Of a stretch of 64,000 nt of DNA, positions 7,353 through 17,271 are shown one piece after another. Below the pieces are notes generated by a model. The model was given only the letters and a program-made list of their open reading frames with translations. It made no database searches and was not told the origin of the DNA. A program made the translations under genes and the position numbers. The DNA is from a virus (lineage: Duplodnaviria; Caudoviricetes): positions 64,001 through 128,000 of IMG/VR virus record IMGVR_UViG_2609460327_000001; one strand, written 5' to 3'. Within the stretch, counting starts at the first letter, position 1, and every line of letters begins with the position of its first letter.

Positions 7353-7706
7353 ATGAAGCCATATGTCTGGAAAGAAGGTATGAGTCTGGAGGAAACAAAA
7401 GACGGAGCCTATTGGGAAAGGAATATGCTGGCGCTATTGCTGGCTAACTATATAAATACATCCAATCAGGAAATGTGGGGGCTAATGGCCAACACGACAT
7501 GCGGTTGGTATTACGATACGGATAATAACTGGGAAGGATGGCTTCGCGTCATTTCCATCAACAGTGGAGCGATTACATTCCATATTCCAGACAGCTTTGA
7601 TGTTGGCACCCTGCCAGAGATTAAACCTAATTGGGATGGGCATAGCACAGAAGAAAAATGGAAGAATGTCATGAAGACTTGTGGCGTCATTCCAGAAGGA
7701 GAGTGA
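7353..7706 (+). CDS. WDGH-motif, Tad1-like protein (candidate anti-Thoeris/CBASS sponge)
   Basis: Y.ERN.L...LA...G.ITFH...LP....WDGHSTEE pattern; strong RBS AAGGAGG. Confidence 0.55.
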   Translation: MKPYVWKEGMSLEETKDGAYWERNMLALLLANYINTSNQEMWGLMANTTCGWYYDTDNNWEGWLRVISINSGAITFHIPDSFDVGTLPEIKPNWDGHSTEEKWKNVMKTCGVIPEGE

Positions 7707-7709
7707 CCT

Positions 7710-8450
7710 ATGTCTAATACTGGACCTCGAACCGAAGCCGGGAAGATGGTCGTCTCTCAAAACCTGAATCCTACGGCTTGGACACAGAATCCTGCCGCTA
7801 TACAGGCGATAGATGTCGCCCGCAGGCTTCGCAGTACAAAGCATGGGCTATATGCATCCGTGCCAATCATCTGTAAAGCAGAATCCTGCCCTTATCGTGA
7901 GTCTTGCCCTCTCATGCAAATGCAAATGGCACCCTTTGGCGAGAAGTGTCCTATTGAGATTGCTGCGATTGAAGATCTCTTTGACCGATACTGCACAGAC
8001 CTCAAGATTGATCGAGAGGATCCGAAAAATACGGTCGATCTCATCATGGTTAAAGAACTCGTTGATATTGATGTGTCACTTCTCAGATGTGATAACAAGA
8101 TGGCGATCGATGCGGACTTCATCATAGAGAACGTGGTGGGTATGACAGAAGACGGAGATGCGCTAGTGAAGAAAGAATTGCATCCCGTAGTCGAGTATAA
8201 AGAGAAGCTGAGAAACAGCAAGAACAAGACACTGCAGCTCTTGAACAGTACGCGCCGTGATAAGCAAGGGACGAAGGTTACAGTTGAACTTGATCCGGCT
8301 TCGAGAGCTTCACAAATGGTTAAGGTGAATGACGATATGGATGCTCATATGGAACACGAGGATGAAGCACAGCGCAGATACTACGAGAAGATGAGGGGCG
8401 CAAGCGAGCCAATCGACATTACGCCAATTGAAGTCGAGCCGATTGAATAG
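7710..8450 (+). CDS. Probable terminase small subunit
   Basis: N-terminal TGPRTEAGK...KHGLY motif and a Cys cluster; lies upstream of TerL. Confidence 0.6.
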   Translation: MSNTGPRTEAGKMVVSQNLNPTAWTQNPAAIQAIDVARRLRSTKHGLYASVPIICKAESCPYRESCPLMQMQMAPFGEKCPIEIAAIEDLFDRYCTDLKIDREDPKNTVDLIMVKELVDIDVSLLRCDNKMAIDADFIIENVVGMTEDGDALVKKELHPVVEYKEKLRNSKNKTLQLLNSTRRDKQGTKVTVELDPASRASQMVKVNDDMDAHMEHEDEAQRRYYEKMRGASEPIDITPIEVEPIE

Positions 8451-8461
8451 GAGGTGAGAAC

Positions 8462-8821
8462 ATGTATGTCAGAGGCGCTGTGAACGTGGGCAAATATATA
8501 GGGAAACAAGTCCCTTCGATGTTTGAGAGGAATACTCAACGGAGCATTAACAATCTGTACACAGGATTAGGTCTATCCAGAAAAGGAAAGGCAGTAGCTC
8601 TTACAGGAATGGGAGCTTACGGCGGATATCAGGTTGTAACTGGGCAATCCGAAGCCGGAAATCGAAATGCGATGGATGCTATGGATGATCGAGGGATTAT
8701 GTCGCTTCCTGGGACAAGATCGGATGGTATGGGATATCTAGGCGATCCTGCCGGTAATCAGGATTTGGCTGCCAGAGGTGACCTTGTATTTGCCCTACAC
8801 AATTTAAGGCATGGGGGTTAG
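8462..8821 (+). CDS. Gly-rich small protein
   Basis: RBS GGAGGTG; basic patch followed by a Gly-rich hydrophobic segment. Confidence 0.7.
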   Translation: MYVRGAVNVGKYIGKQVPSMFERNTQRSINNLYTGLGLSRKGKAVALTGMGAYGGYQVVTGQSEAGNRNAMDAMDDRGIMSLPGTRSDGMGYLGDPAGNQDLAARGDLVFALHNLRHGG

Positions 8822-8825
8822 ATAA

Positions 8826-9269
8826 GTGGCCAATATGACAACACAAGCGTTGCCGCCAGCATCTGGAGATGGAGGCGTCAAGCAGTTTAGAAAAGAAGGA
8901 AAGATCGCTCGGACTTTTGGGGCAGGAATGGTTGCGGTCGATGCCTTTTCTCGAATTAAAGACGGGGAGAATGCGGCTGTTGCTATCGGTAAGGCTGCCC
9001 TGACGAATGCCGCGTGGAACCTTATGCCTGGTGGCTTCCTTACAATGGGGGTTATGGCAGGGGTATCTATGACGCCTGAGATCATCCGGATGACCGATGC
9101 AGCCAAGGCTGGCATACGACAGAAGTCTTCTATGTTTGGAGGCGGATTCACGCAGAATGAGGGGCAGATGTACATGCAGCAGACGGGTATGCAGAATGCC
9201 TCGAATGCGAGAAACACAGCTTCCGCTATTATGTCACGGCACGCGCGCGGGGCATCTAAAGCCTACTGA
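8826..9269 (+). CDS. Ala/Gly/Met-rich small protein
   Basis: In operon; Gly-rich hydrophobic segment. Confidence 0.7.
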   Translation: MANMTTQALPPASGDGGVKQFRKEGKIARTFGAGMVAVDAFSRIKDGENAAVAIGKAALTNAAWNLMPGGFLTMGVMAGVSMTPEIIRMTDAAKAGIRQKSSMFGGGFTQNEGQMYMQQTGMQNASNARNTASAIMSRHARGASKAY

Positions 9270-9286
9270 GAGGGAGGTGAGTAAAG

Positions 9287-9634
9287 ATGATGAGAAGCAA
9301 TGAGCCCTATCAAAGAGTCAGAAATCATGACCCCGTTTATAACGGCGCAGCTTATGGGGCTTTGGCCGGTGCGGCAAGCATGGGTGTGGCTCATGCAGGA
9401 GCAAAAGGGGCCTCACTTATAAGTGCAGCTAGGTCAGCAAGAAAAGATTCCACCCCTCTATTGCCGGAGTATGGATCCACCAAACGGACTGCTAAAGCAG
9501 TCGGAGTCGGCGGAAAAGTAGAACGAGGTTACGGCAAGGTGTTTGGTGGTGGCTGGAAGAAGGCAGGATATTATGCTGGTGCTGCTCTGCTCGGTGGAGG
9601 AATTGGAGCAGGAATTGACTATATGACTGATTGA
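9287..9634 (+). CDS. Glycine-zipper-like small protein
   Basis: Two GxxxG-rich helices; RBS GGAGGTG. Confidence 0.7.
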   Translation: MMRSNEPYQRVRNHDPVYNGAAYGALAGAASMGVAHAGAKGASLISAARSARKDSTPLLPEYGSTKRTAKAVGVGGKVERGYGKVFGGGWKKAGYYAGAALLGGGIGAGIDYMTD

Positions 9635-9645
9635 GGTGAATAACG

Positions 9646-10014
9646 ATGATGCAATCAAACAACCCATATAATCGGGTAGATGAAGGAATCGGTTCTGGAC
9701 TCGTAGCCGGAGCAGTTGTAGGCGGTGCATCGATGGCTGGCTTGCAGTTCGGGGGAACTCAGGCTGCGCGAGGATTGCGAAACATGGCAAACCCAGTGCT
9801 AAGCAGAAACGCAGCTGCAAGAGCGATTGATGGAGGCATTCCTAAAATGGCAACCGCTCAAGGTGTAGCTGCCTCTGGAGCAAAGCATTTAGGTAATGGA
9901 ATCCGAGGAGCGCGGAAAATGGCATTTGGAGGAGGAAGAAACAAACTCCTATCTTATGGCGTTGGCGCACTTGGTGGAGCTGCGATTGGCGGTATTGCTG
10001 ACGGAATGAACTAA
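9646..10014 (+). CDS. Glycine-zipper-like small protein, paralog of 9287..9634
   Basis: MM.SN.PY.RV N-terminus and FGGG..K...Y...AL.G..IG...D.M C-terminus are shared. Confidence 0.7.
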   Translation: MMQSNNPYNRVDEGIGSGLVAGAVVGGASMAGLQFGGTQAARGLRNMANPVLSRNAAARAIDGGIPKMATAQGVAASGAKHLGNGIRGARKMAFGGGRNKLLSYGVGALGGAAIGGIADGMN

Positions 10015-10079
10015 AGACATCCTGCCTAGGAGGTGCACTCATGCAAACTTCATGAATAGTGAAGGGGTGCTGAATTAGG

Positions 10080-10310
10080 ATGTTTTTAAAATCTAACCAA
10101 TCATTAAATAGGATCTTGCTTCATGGCCGAAAGAATGATCAATGGGTTCCTCTGAAACATTTGCAAACTCATGGGCTTCACGACCAGATGGATTGGCCTA
10201 AAGCAGCTGATGCAGGATTGCTTCATATGAGGAAAAAAGAGAGAGGGTATGAAGTCAATCTCTCGCAAAAGGGATACCACACCCTAAGCAACCTCTATCG
10301 AGCGAATTAG
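10080..10310 (+). CDS. Hypothetical protein
   Basis: Fills the gap before TerL on the coding strand. Confidence 0.55.
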   Translation: MFLKSNQSLNRILLHGRKNDQWVPLKHLQTHGLHDQMDWPKAADAGLLHMRKKERGYEVNLSQKGYHTLSNLYRAN

Positions 10311-10319
10311 GGTGATATT

Positions 10320-12080
10320 ATGGATACTGTTGACGAAAGACAATTATTTGAAATGGAGCGTGAGATTCGCTCTGATCCGATCAAGTGGGCGTACTGGAAG
10401 CTAAAAGATCCGAAAGGTAATGCATGGAAAGCCCGCTGGTATCAACGAGAAATGATCCGGGGGATTATGAAAGGCGACCGGCGTGTTGCTGCTCGAATGG
10501 GACGCCGGGTTGGTAAGACGGAGACGATGGTTGTATTCTGTCTTTGGTACGCGTTTCATCATAAGAATAGCCGTCTACTTATTGCAACGCCATATGAACA
10601 TCAGGTGCGATTGATTTTCATGCGTCTGCAGGAGTTAGTCCGTGACTGTGAAGAGCTAAGTGCTTCAGTCACCATAACCAAGAATCCGTTTATCGCTTCC
10701 TTCGGAAATGGTTCCAAGATTATGGGATTTACAGCTGGTGCGAATGCCGGCAGTCAAGCCGGTGCGTCCGTCCGTGGTCAGCGGGCAGACTGGTTGTTCC
10801 TTGATGAGGTCGATTACATGTCTCGTGACGGTATCGATGCGGTAACAGCCATTGCGCTTGAAGACCCAAAGCGTATCGGTATTTGGGTAAGTTCCACACC
10901 TACAGGTAAGCGGGACTTCTTCTATGATATCTGTACAAATCCGGATACGGGATATATTTCGTATCATTTCCCGTCTCACGTCAACCCTGACTTTGATGAA
11001 CGAATGGAAGGCGAAATGCGTGCTACCATGACTCAGCAAGGTTATATTCATGAGGTTGAGGCAGAGTTCGGAGAAGAAACCGTCGGAGTATTTAATAAAG
11101 ACGCGGTAGAGCGAGCAAAAAGCCAATATCATTATAGTTATCGTTCTCTGAATACGTATGAGCGTGAGCAGTATCAGAAGCAAGGCATCAACCTAGATGA
11201 CATTGTTTATTACGGGCCTTATACTATAAATAACCCAGCGCCGAAGGCTCTCCGGGTCATCGGAGTGGACTGGGATAAATACGGAGCAGCGACTCAGATT
11301 ATCGTTACGGAGTTCGATGAGCAACTGAAGAAATTCAGAGTCTGCCTGAGATCAGAAATACCTCGGAGCGATTTTACGTTCGATAATGCGGTAAAACGAA
11401 TTATTGAGCTGAATGATATATATAACCCTGCCTTTGTCTATGTAGACGCAGGGAGCGGGGAATATCAAATCGAAGCGCTTCGTCTTCACGGTCGGGAGAA
11501 TCCATATACACAGCTAGATAAAAAGGTAAAACGGATTCAGTTCGCACAAACCATCGAGGTGCGTGATCCAGCGACTCGTGAAGTCGATAAGAAAGATGCG
11601 AAAAACTTCATGGTTAACCAAACAGCTATCCTATTGGAGCGGGATCGACTCGTTCTTTCACCATTCGATGATATGGTGTGGAAGCAAATGATGGATTACC
11701 AAGTTATCCGTATCTCTCAAAACGGAAAGCCGATCTATACGTCAGAAAATGAGCATGCACTGGATGCATTCATGCTGACGATCCTTGGATTTACATTAGA
11801 GTTTCCTGAGATCGCAAAGGTCTTGGAAAAGTTCAATGTAGCCACTCGTGCTTTCGTATCGCATAACACATCAGAAGAGAAGATCGCAGAGCAAGTATTT
11901 GGCGGTCAACGTGATATATTCAATATCCAAAACAAAAAACCAGAGCGTGAAGCGAGGGACAACCCGAACTGGCACTGGGAGAAAGTTCAACTTGGATATG
12001 GTGGAAAAAGAAGTAGAGGCGGATCGAATATATGGGGTCGCGGAAATGCGAAGAATCGTCCGACAAGAGCTAAGTTTTGA
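10320..12080 (+). CDS. terL: Terminase large subunit
   Basis: GRRVGKT Walker A, FLDEVD Walker B, SSTP motif III, and a nuclease domain with GVDWD, VDAG and HALDA. Confidence 0.92.
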   Translation: MDTVDERQLFEMEREIRSDPIKWAYWKLKDPKGNAWKARWYQREMIRGIMKGDRRVAARMGRRVGKTETMVVFCLWYAFHHKNSRLLIATPYEHQVRLIFMRLQELVRDCEELSASVTITKNPFIASFGNGSKIMGFTAGANAGSQAGASVRGQRADWLFLDEVDYMSRDGIDAVTAIALEDPKRIGIWVSSTPTGKRDFFYDICTNPDTGYISYHFPSHVNPDFDERMEGEMRATMTQQGYIHEVEAEFGEETVGVFNKDAVERAKSQYHYSYRSLNTYEREQYQKQGINLDDIVYYGPYTINNPAPKALRVIGVDWDKYGAATQIIVTEFDEQLKKFRVCLRSEIPRSDFTFDNAVKRIIELNDIYNPAFVYVDAGSGEYQIEALRLHGRENPYTQLDKKVKRIQFAQTIEVRDPATREVDKKDAKNFMVNQTAILLERDRLVLSPFDDMVWKQMMDYQVIRISQNGKPIYTSENEHALDAFMLTILGFTLEFPEIAKVLEKFNVATRAFVSHNTSEEKIAEQVFGGQRDIFNIQNKKPEREARDNPNWHWEKVQLGYGGKRSRGGSNIWGRGNAKNRPTRAKF

Positions 12081-12244
12081 ATCCTCTGGAATGCCTGAAG
12101 TAATGCGTTGTCCCTTGCGGCCATTGGGCCGCCTGGTGGAAGGCAAAAATCCCCTGTATCCTTTCTGGCTAGGCTCATCAAACTCTCTTTCCCTGGGGCG
12201 CAGACTAATCTCTGCGCCTTACATATTTTATGGAGGTCATTAAT

Positions 12245-13498
12245 ATGTCAGAAGATATCTTTGGGCAGCGTGGTATAGATACATCCTATGAGCGGAATCA
12301 GGTTAACTATCGGCCGGATCTGAAGATGCCGAAGAAAGATAGGTTCTATCGAATTAATCCGGCAACTGTGCAAAAGATTATTCGTTCAGAGGATTTTACG
12401 ATTACTAGCGTTCTAAAGGGCTATTCAGAATTAGTTGAGCGAATGAATGTCTTAATGAAGATGATCGAAGATCGAAATCAAACCCCTAGCTTCTCTACGT
12501 ATAAGACAATCCTCGAATCAGGAGATCAGAGCAGCATTATTGAGCAAGAAGATATATTGTGCGGTCCGCGGGCTTCTGGTGATGCTGAAATTTACACGAT
12601 CCTATACCGAATGAAGGCATCCTGCTCGATGCAGTTCGAATTTGTGGACGGACACTACCGTACTCAGATTACAGATAACGCAGAGGTTAGTGCTGTCGAA
12701 GAATCAGAAGTCAATATGATTAATCAATGGATTGAAGCAGAGCAAGTCTTCAATCAGCTCACAGATGAGATTCAGTCTGCGTATTCGGATGAAGAGAGCC
12801 ATGAGGAAGATATAGCGAACTCGACAATCTCTTCACTGGAACGGCAGATTTATGACCAAGACTTAACTCGTCAACAGATGGAAGCATTGCATGTATCTCT
12901 ATCGGATACTTCATATGTACACCGAAACCGATATGTGATGTATTCTCAATTACTTGATCAGATGCAGTTTCTTATAACGAATCCAGCAGTTGTCATGAAG
13001 GATGATCTTAAAGGGATGATTCTACAGGTGGCACCCCTTGCTGATAAGTCTTCTGTTGCTGCTTATGTCCTGCTGTCCTTCCGCAACATAAAAGACAAGC
13101 TGACTGCATTGAAAGGGCAGTATGCGCTGATTGACGATCAGAAAGAATCCTTTGTTTCAAAGCAACAGTGGTTCTATCAGCAACTGGAATCCAAATCCGG
13201 TGTCGGAGTTAAGAGCTGGCTCTATAATCAATCGGATACAAATGAATCCATGAATGCACTGGCTGAAATCATTGTCGGCTCCTTATCGCAGAGTAAAAAC
13301 CAGTACGACTCATCCATTACAGATATGACTCGTTTCTATCAGCAAGAGGCAATTTTCTATAGTCAACAATACCAGCTTATTCAGAAAAAAGAGGAAATCA
13401 GAAGATTCTTGAGGATATTAGAGGATTTGCAAGAGGCAAGCAATATCGATGAAGAATGGGCAATTAGTTATTTGGAGACTAATGGATACGTAGTCTAG
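12245..13498 (+). CDS. Hypothetical helical protein between TerL and portal
   Basis: ATG 12245 after GGAGG; long ORF. Confidence 0.75.
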   Translation: MSEDIFGQRGIDTSYERNQVNYRPDLKMPKKDRFYRINPATVQKIIRSEDFTITSVLKGYSELVERMNVLMKMIEDRNQTPSFSTYKTILESGDQSSIIEQEDILCGPRASGDAEIYTILYRMKASCSMQFEFVDGHYRTQITDNAEVSAVEESEVNMINQWIEAEQVFNQLTDEIQSAYSDEESHEEDIANSTISSLERQIYDQDLTRQQMEALHVSLSDTSYVHRNRYVMYSQLLDQMQFLITNPAVVMKDDLKGMILQVAPLADKSSVAAYVLLSFRNIKDKLTALKGQYALIDDQKESFVSKQQWFYQQLESKSGVGVKSWLYNQSDTNESMNALAEIIVGSLSQSKNQYDSSITDMTRFYQQEAIFYSQQYQLIQKKEEIRRFLRILEDLQEASNIDEEWAISYLETNGYVV

Positions 13499-13504
13499 CA
13501 CAAG

Positions 13505-13533
13505 TGTAACGCCTTACATTTTTAATATATAAT
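13505..13533 (+). promoter_or_regulatory. Palindrome TGTAACGCCTTACA plus TATAAT upstream of the portal gene
   Basis: 13/14 match to the recurring palindrome; TATAAT at 13528-13533. Confidence 0.55.
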
Positions 13534-13551
13534 TATTTAAGATAAAGTGAC

Positions 13552-15801
13552 TTGCTCGGAAAGGAGATGTGTTTCTTGGCTAAGCTTTTTATGAATGTCT
13601 TATCACGTATTGGCCTAAAGAACGCAACGACTCCAACGGGCGGCAGCTCCAGTAGCGGCATCACTGTCAATCGTGATCCAAAAGCGACTCAAGTCAAGCG
13701 AGTAGGATATGCAGTCAAAAACAGCTCAGGTGGTAGTGACGCTGAAACTCCGAAATCGGACTTTGCAGCTATTGCAACCGCCATAGAGCGTGATAGCTAT
13801 CTAACACAGACAGTCCTGAAATATAGTGAGCTGATTATGAAAGGCGGCTATGCATTTAAGAGTCGCAGTGATGAAGCTTTGCAGTATCTCAAGACAAGGT
13901 TGGATATGATGGCGATTGCTACACAAGTGCCTACAGACGAGCTATTTCATGGAATCGCAGATGATATTGTAAGATTTCACAACTCTTTCGTTGTCAAAGC
14001 CAGGGCTAAAAATGGCGTGGGTCTACCTCCGGGTCTTCCCGCAACAGCAGTCCTTCCAGCCAAAGACCCCGTAGCCGGATATTTTAGACTTCCACCCGCG
14101 ACGATCTCGATTACGCGGGATGATCAAGGTAATGTAACCAGCTATACGCAGGATTCTGGATCAGGCGGAGACACAGTAGATTTTCAGGTGCAGGATATGA
14201 TTCACATTCCTGTGAATCGTCCAGCAGGCGAAGCATTTGGTATTCCGTTTCTCGCTCCTGTTATAGATGATGTAAGGCTTTTGAGAAAGGTAGAAGAGAA
14301 TGCAGCACTCCTGCTGTATCGACACATCTTTCCGCTTCTGGCTTATACGGTAGGTGTTGCACAGCCGGGATATGAGGCAACGGATGAAGAGCTTGAAGCT
14401 ATTCGATCTGTTATCGAAGATTTACCGACAGATGGTGCGATCGTCCTTCCAGAACGCCATAAAGTAGAAGCTGTTAGTATAACAGCCATTGATGGTCGTC
14501 CTTACCTGGATTATTTCGAAAACCGAGTGTTCTCGGGGCTTGGTATGTCTCAAGTCGATTTCGGTCGGGGAGATACAGCCAATCGAAATACAGCGGACGC
14601 TATGGGTGGAAATAAAGCTGACCGAGTGAAAGGTTGGCAGAAAACGATCCAAATGTACATTGATCAATTCATTATCGAAGAGCTTTTGGTTGAGGGCGGC
14701 TACGATCCTATGGCCAACCCTGATTTTAAAGTTAACTTCGTCTTTAATGAAATTGAGCAAGAAATGCGTATCAAGGTCGAAACACATGAGATCTTTAAAT
14801 TTGAGCATAACGTTCAGACGTGGGATGAAACCCGCAAGAATATTGGAATGGACCCTGTAACCGATGAAGGTCGATTACACTTCCAAATGATTGGGATGCA
14901 GCAAGCAGAGCATCAAGCGACTCTTGATCAAGCAGCAGCCGCGGCATCCGGCAGTGCGGAGACAAACAATAAGCAACAGCCAACCAATCAAAATGGAACA
15001 CGATCCGGACCAAAAAGCAGTACAGAATCCTTGAAGGAAATGTACGACAAAGTGATTGGAATTTCGCTGAAAGAAAAAGACCAATACGACCAGATTCAAT
15101 CGGAATTTGAACTTCCTATTGAGACTGTGCAATCCCTTCATAAAGAGATGAGTAAAGTCTTCTCTGCAATGGAGGAGGATGTGATTGGTGAGATTCAGCG
15201 GACGAATACCCGTAACAGATTCCCAATGACTTCGCCATCTGAAGCCCTTTCTGCGATTCATTTCAGCAAAGACAAAATGGATCAAGTTATTCAGAAAGAA
15301 GCAAGAAGCGTACTCCTTGAAGGAGCAAAGAAAGCTGCTACTCAATTAAAGCTATCTAAAGCGCCTGGTATTAACTTATCACAATCGCTTCGACTGGTAT
15401 CTGAATTTACACAAGATTCTTTTGATTTGATGGAAGAAACAATACATCACGTATTAAATGAAAAGCTCAAAGGTGTAGATGATGAAAACAAAGCAATTCT
15501 AATCACGCGTAGCGTGTTTGAATCTGTAAGGCATCGCATTAAGGCTATTGCCAAAACGACAGTGATTAAGACATACCATTACGGATATGTTCTGGCGCTG
15601 GGCAGAAGTGGAGTCTCTAGCGTAAAAGCTCTTCATGAGCCTGGAAGCTGTTCAACCTGCTATGAGAAATCGCAGGAGATTATCTCACTAGTAGAGTTAT
15701 CGTCCTACGATGAGATGGCTATATTCTATCGCATTCCCCCGTTTCACACGAACTGCGAATGTGATCTAACAATCCATGACGAAGGGGGTGAAGCTAAGTG
15801 A
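13552..15801 (+). CDS. Portal protein with a C-terminal MuF/gp7-like domain
   Basis: Position after TerL; portal-like DMIHI...FGIP.L. C-terminal CxxC...PPFHTNCEC motif. Alternative TTG start at 13576. Confidence 0.8.
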   Translation: MLGKEMCFLAKLFMNVLSRIGLKNATTPTGGSSSSGITVNRDPKATQVKRVGYAVKNSSGGSDAETPKSDFAAIATAIERDSYLTQTVLKYSELIMKGGYAFKSRSDEALQYLKTRLDMMAIATQVPTDELFHGIADDIVRFHNSFVVKARAKNGVGLPPGLPATAVLPAKDPVAGYFRLPPATISITRDDQGNVTSYTQDSGSGGDTVDFQVQDMIHIPVNRPAGEAFGIPFLAPVIDDVRLLRKVEENAALLLYRHIFPLLAYTVGVAQPGYEATDEELEAIRSVIEDLPTDGAIVLPERHKVEAVSITAIDGRPYLDYFENRVFSGLGMSQVDFGRGDTANRNTADAMGGNKADRVKGWQKTIQMYIDQFIIEELLVEGGYDPMANPDFKVNFVFNEIEQEMRIKVETHEIFKFEHNVQTWDETRKNIGMDPVTDEGRLHFQMIGMQQAEHQATLDQAAAAASGSAETNNKQQPTNQNGTRSGPKSSTESLKEMYDKVIGISLKEKDQYDQIQSEFELPIETVQSLHKEMSKVFSAMEEDVIGEIQRTNTRNRFPMTSPSEALSAIHFSKDKMDQVIQKEARSVLLEGAKKAATQLKLSKAPGINLSQSLRLVSEFTQDSFDLMEETIHHVLNEKLKGVDDENKAILITRSVFESVRHRIKAIAKTTVIKTYHYGYVLALGRSGVSSVKALHEPGSCSTCYEKSQEIISLVELSSYDEMAIFYRIPPFHTNCECDLTIHDEGGEAK

Positions 15802-17237
15802 GGAATGTATACACGCTTACAGAACATGAACAAAAAACACTGGTGCCTAAAGCCTTTAACGAGAATTTAGGGACCATCGGAAAGATCAAACGAGAATCAG
15901 TCCAAGTGTTGAATGAATCAGCCAAAGGAAAACCCAAAAAGCTGATTGTTACCATTGAAGCAATCCACGTTGGTCGTACTCGTAACTATACGTATTACAC
16001 CAAAGAAGGATTGTCTGCAGGTCTTGAAAGCTGGACGTCACCACGGCCGAAGCCGGTACTGACTCACCACAATGATGTTGACGGTGAGCCAATCGGACGG
16101 ATCATCAAGGCAGAGTACCATGATGTGACGATGTCGGGTAAGCCAGGGCTTATGTTTACCGTAGAGAGCACCGATCCGGTCGCAATTGAGAAGGTGCTTG
16201 ATGGTCGATACCAAACAGTATCTATCGGGGCGAGTACAGACAAGGTTACTTGTAACATTTGCGGATCAGACCGCACTCAAGAGTGGTGTGAGCACTATCC
16301 CGGCCAAGAGTACGAGGATCAGACAGCTCATTTCATTATTGGAACAACATATGGACGTGAAGTTTCATATGTAAATGTCCCTGCTGACGAATATGCCGGA
16401 AACACAGGTGTTACTGCAGTTTATGAGGACGATGGAAGCAATTCAAACGGGTCTTCTCAAGAATCCGTTCAAATGAATATCTTTCAACTAGCCGAAGGGT
16501 TACTGCAGCATGTAGATAGCCCAGGTACTAACCTATATGAGCAGTTAAATGAAGGACAAAAGAAAGCCTTCGAAAACTTGCTTAGATTTGAAGAAGGGAG
16601 TACAACAATGCCTAATCCAAATGAGGAAAATCCAGAAACTACAGTTACAGGAACAAAAGAAGGAGAGCAGACGCCTCCAACTGAGCCAGAAACAACCCCA
16701 GTGGCTGGCACTAAAGAAGGAGAGCAAACACCTCCTGCACCGGCTAATGCTGACCCAGTTGCACAAACAACGGAAAGCAACCCGCCTGCTCCTGCAACTC
16801 CTCCAACTCCGACAGTTAATGTGACGGAAATGCAGCAGACCATTACAAATCTCGTAATGGAGAACCAACGCATTGGAGCGAAGCTGTCTGAAGCACAAGC
16901 AGAAGTTTCTCGACTGACACAAGAAAATGCAACATTGAATGAGGCAGCTCATCGATCTCTTGCAGAAAGCGTTGTTCAGTTAAAACGTCAGCTAAACAAA
17001 CCTGATGTTGTAGGTGTCGATCACCAAGAAGCAGTAGATGCACATGCAGCACGTAGTAAAGAGTCCTTGGAAAATACAAGAACTGATCTTCTTGCAGAAT
17101 CTAAAACTCTTAAGCCGGTTCCAGGTAGCGTAACAAACCCTGGTGTTCATACAGATGAGTCCGATAAGCCGAAAACGATGACTGGACAAGATGCTGTAAA
17201 TCTATTTAGTGGCATGTTTAAAAGCAAAAAACACTAA
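15798..17237 (+). CDS. Prohead protease fused to a scaffold
   Basis: PVLTHH...PIGR, VSIG and EVSYVNVPAD HK97-like protease motifs, then a Pro/Thr linker and coiled coil. Internal RBS and ATG at 16608. Confidence 0.85.
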   Translation: MRNVYTLTEHEQKTLVPKAFNENLGTIGKIKRESVQVLNESAKGKPKKLIVTIEAIHVGRTRNYTYYTKEGLSAGLESWTSPRPKPVLTHHNDVDGEPIGRIIKAEYHDVTMSGKPGLMFTVESTDPVAIEKVLDGRYQTVSIGASTDKVTCNICGSDRTQEWCEHYPGQEYEDQTAHFIIGTTYGREVSYVNVPADEYAGNTGVTAVYEDDGSNSNGSSQESVQMNIFQLAEGLLQHVDSPGTNLYEQLNEGQKKAFENLLRFEEGSTTMPNPNEENPETTVTGTKEGEQTPPTEPETTPVAGTKEGEQTPPAPANADPVAQTTESNPPAPATPPTPTVNVTEMQQTITNLVMENQRIGAKLSEAQAEVSRLTQENATLNEAAHRSLAESVVQLKRQLNKPDVVGVDHQEAVDAHAARSKESLENTRTDLLAESKTLKPVPGSVTNPGVHTDESDKPKTMTGQDAVNLFSGMFKSKKH

Positions 17238-17271
17238 AACATGTATACCAATTTAAGGAGTTGACTATTCA

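Noticed and set aside
11848-12243. 131-aa plus-strand ORF overlapping the end of terL
   Set aside because: Out-of-frame overlap, no RBS, and it spans structured intergenic DNA.
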